From the human T2T-CHM13v2.0 reference genome, Homo sapiens: a stretch of DNA of 64,000 bases. Made by a program: the position numbers and the translations under genes. The notes beneath the pieces were generated by a model. It saw nothing but the letters and a program-made list of their open reading frames with translations. It did not search any database and had not been told where the DNA came from. This document shows, one piece after another, positions 58,896-64,000 of the stretch (the first letter of the stretch is position 1; each line of letters begins with the position of its first letter). The stretch is taken from assembly GCF_009914755.1 (NCBI RefSeq), contig NC_060927.1; one strand, 5' to 3'.

Positions 58896-61800
58896 AATAT
58901 TGTCAATTAAATTATATGATCAATTGTAAGACCCTTGGCAATTCAAGAGAAGTTAACATGTGGAGGAAAATGTGTAAAATAACAAAATATGGCAGTATTC
59001 ATATCATCTGGCCTGAATTTGAAAACCCATACATTTATAGAGAAATGACTTCTGAGGAGTCAGGGACACTCCCAGAGACCACCTGCTGTGAAATTGACTA
59101 AGAAGCTTATCAAATCCATATATATCCCTAAGGCCCACTTTGGGTCCAATGAATTGGAATCTTTGGCAGCAGACCCAGAAATCTGTAAAATACCCTCAAA
59201 AAGCACTGTTCGAGTAACATACATAGTGTTATGAATCAGAATGATCAGCAAGCCCAATAATGATCCCCCAGCCACAGGCTAGAAATGCTCTGACCACAAA
59301 TCTTCAGTCCTGAGGTGCACAGGGGGTAATTAGCCCAATGGCTGTAGCATCAAAACCCAGAATGGGAATAAGGAGCCTCTTAATTTGTTCATCCAAACAA
59401 ACGTGCACTGAGGAACTACTGTGTGCCACACCATGCTATATACAGATGGGTGCCTCAAGGATATGATGAAAAATTGACAAATCTATACTCCGAGTAAACT
59501 ACCAAGTAAGCCACCCACTAGGAGATGTGTTCTGGCTCTTGGGACTTGATTTACAATCTGGTATCCAAGGTTCCAATTTAAAACATGCTTATCTTCATAG
59601 CCAGAGGGCATGACAGCATTTACGTTTTTAAAAAATTAGCTGTAGAGCAGAGAATGGGAGGAGGGCACTTGGCTTGAGATGTTTACTTGAAAAAAGACCT
59701 AGGGCTGGGGCTGGGGCAGATGGTGGGGGTGGGGGCATGGGCAGAAGACTTTAATTACAGAACAAGTTCAACTAGTAGAAACAGGTTCGGGGACTCCTGG
59801 CAAATATGTGTCTCATCTGGTGGGAGTGGAAACTGGCTGGCGTATGCTAGAAGCAGCATATTAGCTGAAAGTGTTCTGTGTGCTGTGGGTATTAGACACG
59901 CTTCACAAAGGGGCTAGTTGGTGTGGGTTAACTGAATGCTTTGGTTAAGTGGGAGCTGAATTAAGACAGTTTCTGCTTTACTTGATTTTTTTTCCATCTC
60001 AGAGCCAAAACCAAGCTCAGCAAACATAGTTCGCATGTGCCCACAATTCTGATTAAACCAAAAGCCTTGGCAATAGAGGACTGAACAGAAGCACTTAGTC
60101 ACTAGTTCCCCAGATTTTATCATTGCACTATCATTTGATTCTTCAACTCTAGCATTAATAAGTACAACCAACTGATAGCTGTGCCTAGCTAATTCCTCTC
60201 ATTCAAGGTTGTCTGTGACCCCCAGGCAAGGGTAATCCTTGTTTTGTGCCCTCAAGGTGCCAAGTACCTCTTCTTCCCCAGTAGTCAGCCTGCTCATATT
60301 GACTGATTTTATGTCTGTCTCCACTGCCTGGCTGCAAGCTACAAGGGGACAGGGACCATATCTATCTTGCTCATCACAGGAGCCCCAGCTCCTCCTATTA
60401 CGCTGGCACATAGCAGACTCTCAGCTCATATTTGTTGAAATGAAAATTAAATTGAAATGGGGCTAATCAAAGAACACGTCACGGAGGAAGCAAATCCAGA
60501 GAAGATTTTTGCAAGGAGGAATACACCATATTTAAAACTTCTGAGATGGGACCAAAAAATAATATGCAGAATACTATAGTGGGCTGTTTGAAATTTTGAA
60601 AGGTAATTCAAATAGGCCCCTAATTTTAATGTTTAGCTTCTTGAAGAGTCCAAACCACTTTGAGAAACGGCTCCTACAGTGTTAGACTGTGGGGGCCTCT
60701 CAGATATGATAGAGCTTTCAGTTCCTTCCAGCTGTTTACACACTAATTCCTGAACAAGGTGGACTTGCCAGGAAGGCTGAAACTAGTGACAAAGGGACAT
60801 CAAATAGCTTATTTTCAAAGACACTGTGCAACATGCTCATCTGCCCTTTTCCTTCCCTTTAAAGGTTATTTCTTTCATTCCCTTCTCTAGGTTTTTGATT
60901 CCAGGTTAAACTCTACAAAAATGTTTTTTTCCTCTTAACTTGCCATGCTCACACCTAATGCCATTTGTATCAAAACTCTGTTTTCTTGAGGTGGGCCCCA
61001 AGGGGCTGACTTTTAAGGGAGGGGGCAGATTTTGCCTGATGTTTCTGCAAGATTAAACATGGTGCTTATCTGAAGTTCAAGGCTGATGATAAATTATAGA
61101 CTCAAGAACTTTTTATTCAAAGAAGCCAAAGGAAGAAGGAAACTTCTCTGCTAGCTGCTCCACCAAAGGGGAGTCATGTTCTCCCCTCCTAGAGCCTTAC
61201 AAGAGATAATTTTGAGAGCTCATTCTGGTTTAGAGACAATACATGGTGAACAAAGCTCATCTGTCATTGAGTGGGAGGTAGGGAGGAAAGAAGGTAAGAG
61301 AGAATTAAAATTGTAAAGCCAACATCATGTGGATTCCTCCTTGAACTTTAATAACCCAGTGCTGCCTGCAGGCTCAGAAAAACCAAATGCAATGGGTAGG
61401 TACAAGGATTGCTCTGGTGCCAGGAAAATGCAATAAGACATAACTTTTATAAGGTAGGCAATGAAAGAGTGCCCTGCAGGAACAAAACAGGCTTTTAACA
61501 TCTCCAAAGTTGGCAGCCAGATGCCTGAAACATTGGTTTAGTGCATCCAAAACACACAACAGATAGAACCACTTTCTTTAAGATGAAGTCATCTTCCAGG
61601 AGAAACAATAGCTGGGAAGGCTGGGTTTTTATGATTCATGGGAGGAGGAGAATTTGATCTGTATTTTCTTTGCCACAGTCTATCCCATTTTAATGCATGT
61701 TAGAGGTTTTCCACATGTTAGGCAAATTTTCTAGAATGTTTTGAAAGGGAAAAAATTCTGCAGACTGCCTCAGTTACTGAAAGAGTTCTCTTTCTCCCCT

Positions 61801-62530
61801 GGCTGGGGAGGGATCCAGTTCTGTCTCACCGTGTTATCGAAAAGATCTGAAACTACAACTCTTCATTTGGATTCTGCTGTTATGAAATGCAGTTTGGGGT
61901 ATCTTGTTACACTTTACTCCCAGAAGTGTTAAAGGAAGTGCCTGTCATCAAAATTCAAAAATAAATATAAAAATGATGCTGGCAGAGCTCAAAAACTAAA
62001 AGGATCAGCATTTTGCTTCAGTTTCCTGTTCATAAAACTTTATAAAAACAACCCACCCATTTAAAAAAAACCTGTAACAATAGTTCACTATTCTTTTCCT
62101 AAATGCTTGCCTCATGCCACTCTGAAATTAGGTGCCATCACGTTTCCTGAGTTATGGGCCCCAAACACCACATCCTTTTCCTCCCTCCCACACCCCCACC
62201 CCACCTGGCATCATTCCTGAATTTAGATGCTTCTCCAGTTTCTGAGCTCAGTAGAGAGATGCCAACATTCTCCCTCCTACCTGTCCTGAAGTGGCCAAGC
62301 ATCTGTACCAGCTGGAAGCAGGAATAATTGAGGCTTCCTTCCCCCAAATTAATTCTCACTTCCTAGAGAAGCTTTTAATATGGAAGGTTAAATTATAAAG
62401 TGAAGAGCTAGTAAACTGAAAAAGAATAAGATATTTCCCTCCCACTCTGCCTTTACAGCAAAATTTTCTTTGTGGAATACTCAACACTCTGTCCTTCTTT
62501 CTGGAAGAACATAGAATACAAGCTCTAGAA

Positions 62531-62752
62531 CAAGCTTTTCCAACCCATGGCCCACAGGCTGCATGCATCCCAGGATGGCTTTGAATGTGGCCCAACATAA
62601 ATTTGTAAACTTTCGTAAAACGTTATGAGACTTTTTTTTGCGATTTTTTTTAAGCTCATCAGCTATTGTTAGTGTTAGTGTATTTTATGTGTGGCCCAAG
62701 ACAATTCTTCTTCCACTGTGGCCCACGGAAGCCAAAAGATTGGACACCTCTG
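62531..62752 (-). mobile_element. MER30 (hAT-Charlie MITE)
   Basis: caagcttttccaacc..gccaaaagattggacacctctg matches recalled MER30. Confidence 0.9.
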
Positions 62753-63100
62753 CTTTAGAATGAGAAGCCTGGGTTCAAATACCAAGTTTTCACTTGCCAA
62801 CTATATGACTTTGGACAGTTTACTTAATGATGACAAACATCAGTTTAAGCATCTATAAAATGGGGATATGAGAGTTTCAAGGTTTTAATGAGTTAAAAAC
62901 ACATGAATAATCCAATAAGATAATATGTATGTCAGATTTCTAAGCATACAGTTAGCACGTCATGCTATTATTAACCCTTCCGGTAAATAAATCATCCTTC
63001 TCCCTTTTTTTTTAAATGAATTAAGGAAAAAAGGTGGAATTTGGAGAACTTTTCCAACACTCCTTGCTTCCAAAGACATTAATTCTTTGATTTAATCTTA

Positions 63101-63611
<511 letters not shown>

Positions 63612-64000
63612 TTAAACATAAATGTGTATGCTTCTGTGATTCTATTAAACAGCAAAGACTGAAGTGTATATGGAGTATTATCTTGATTTTATGCTATTTA
63701 ATTTCAGGAAAGCTTTCAAATAAAAATTCATATCTTATGTACTGATGAAAGCACCCTGTCTAAAATTAGCATGTTTGGTATAGGCAGCCCACATTTTGGG
63801 TTGGTTCAGCATGGTAATATTTTATGAAGGCTCATCAGAAAATTAAGCTCAATGTACTCATTTGTCAAGAAATGCATATGCATATAGATTCTTTTAATAT
63901 CAAATGGCAAAGCAAACAAGAGGTTGAAACAGAGGAAAGATCAACTATGAGAAAAGAATTACTGAGGGAAAATGGAGACAGACTACAAATGGGATAGAAC

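Overview
Human (primate) genomic DNA, rich in Alu, L1, L2, MIR and MER repeats. The window holds the 5' part of ARHGEF3 (XPLN, a RhoA/RhoB guanine nucleotide exchange factor, 3p14.3) on the minus strand. It includes a CpG-island promoter and first coding exon (50041-50136), an alternative N-terminal coding exon (23342-23455), and three shared coding exons (22051-22158, 3317-3487, 1840-1902). All have canonical GT-AG junctions in phase 0, and the gene continues beyond position 1. The rest is intronic or upstream sequence with about 35 Alu copies, hAT and Tigger MITEs, LTR relics and L1 relics. I find no support for a new protein-coding system; almost all listed ORFs are Alu-derived or chance. 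The best leads are regulatory or structural: a MER107-like MITE carrying two perfect ISREs, an overlapping kB/GAS/ISRE cluster in intron 1, a pure intronic (CAG)15-16 tract, a closely spaced inverted Alu pair, template-switch palindromes and candidate cryptic exons. Repeat family names come from recalled consensus sequences and repeat boundaries are approximate.
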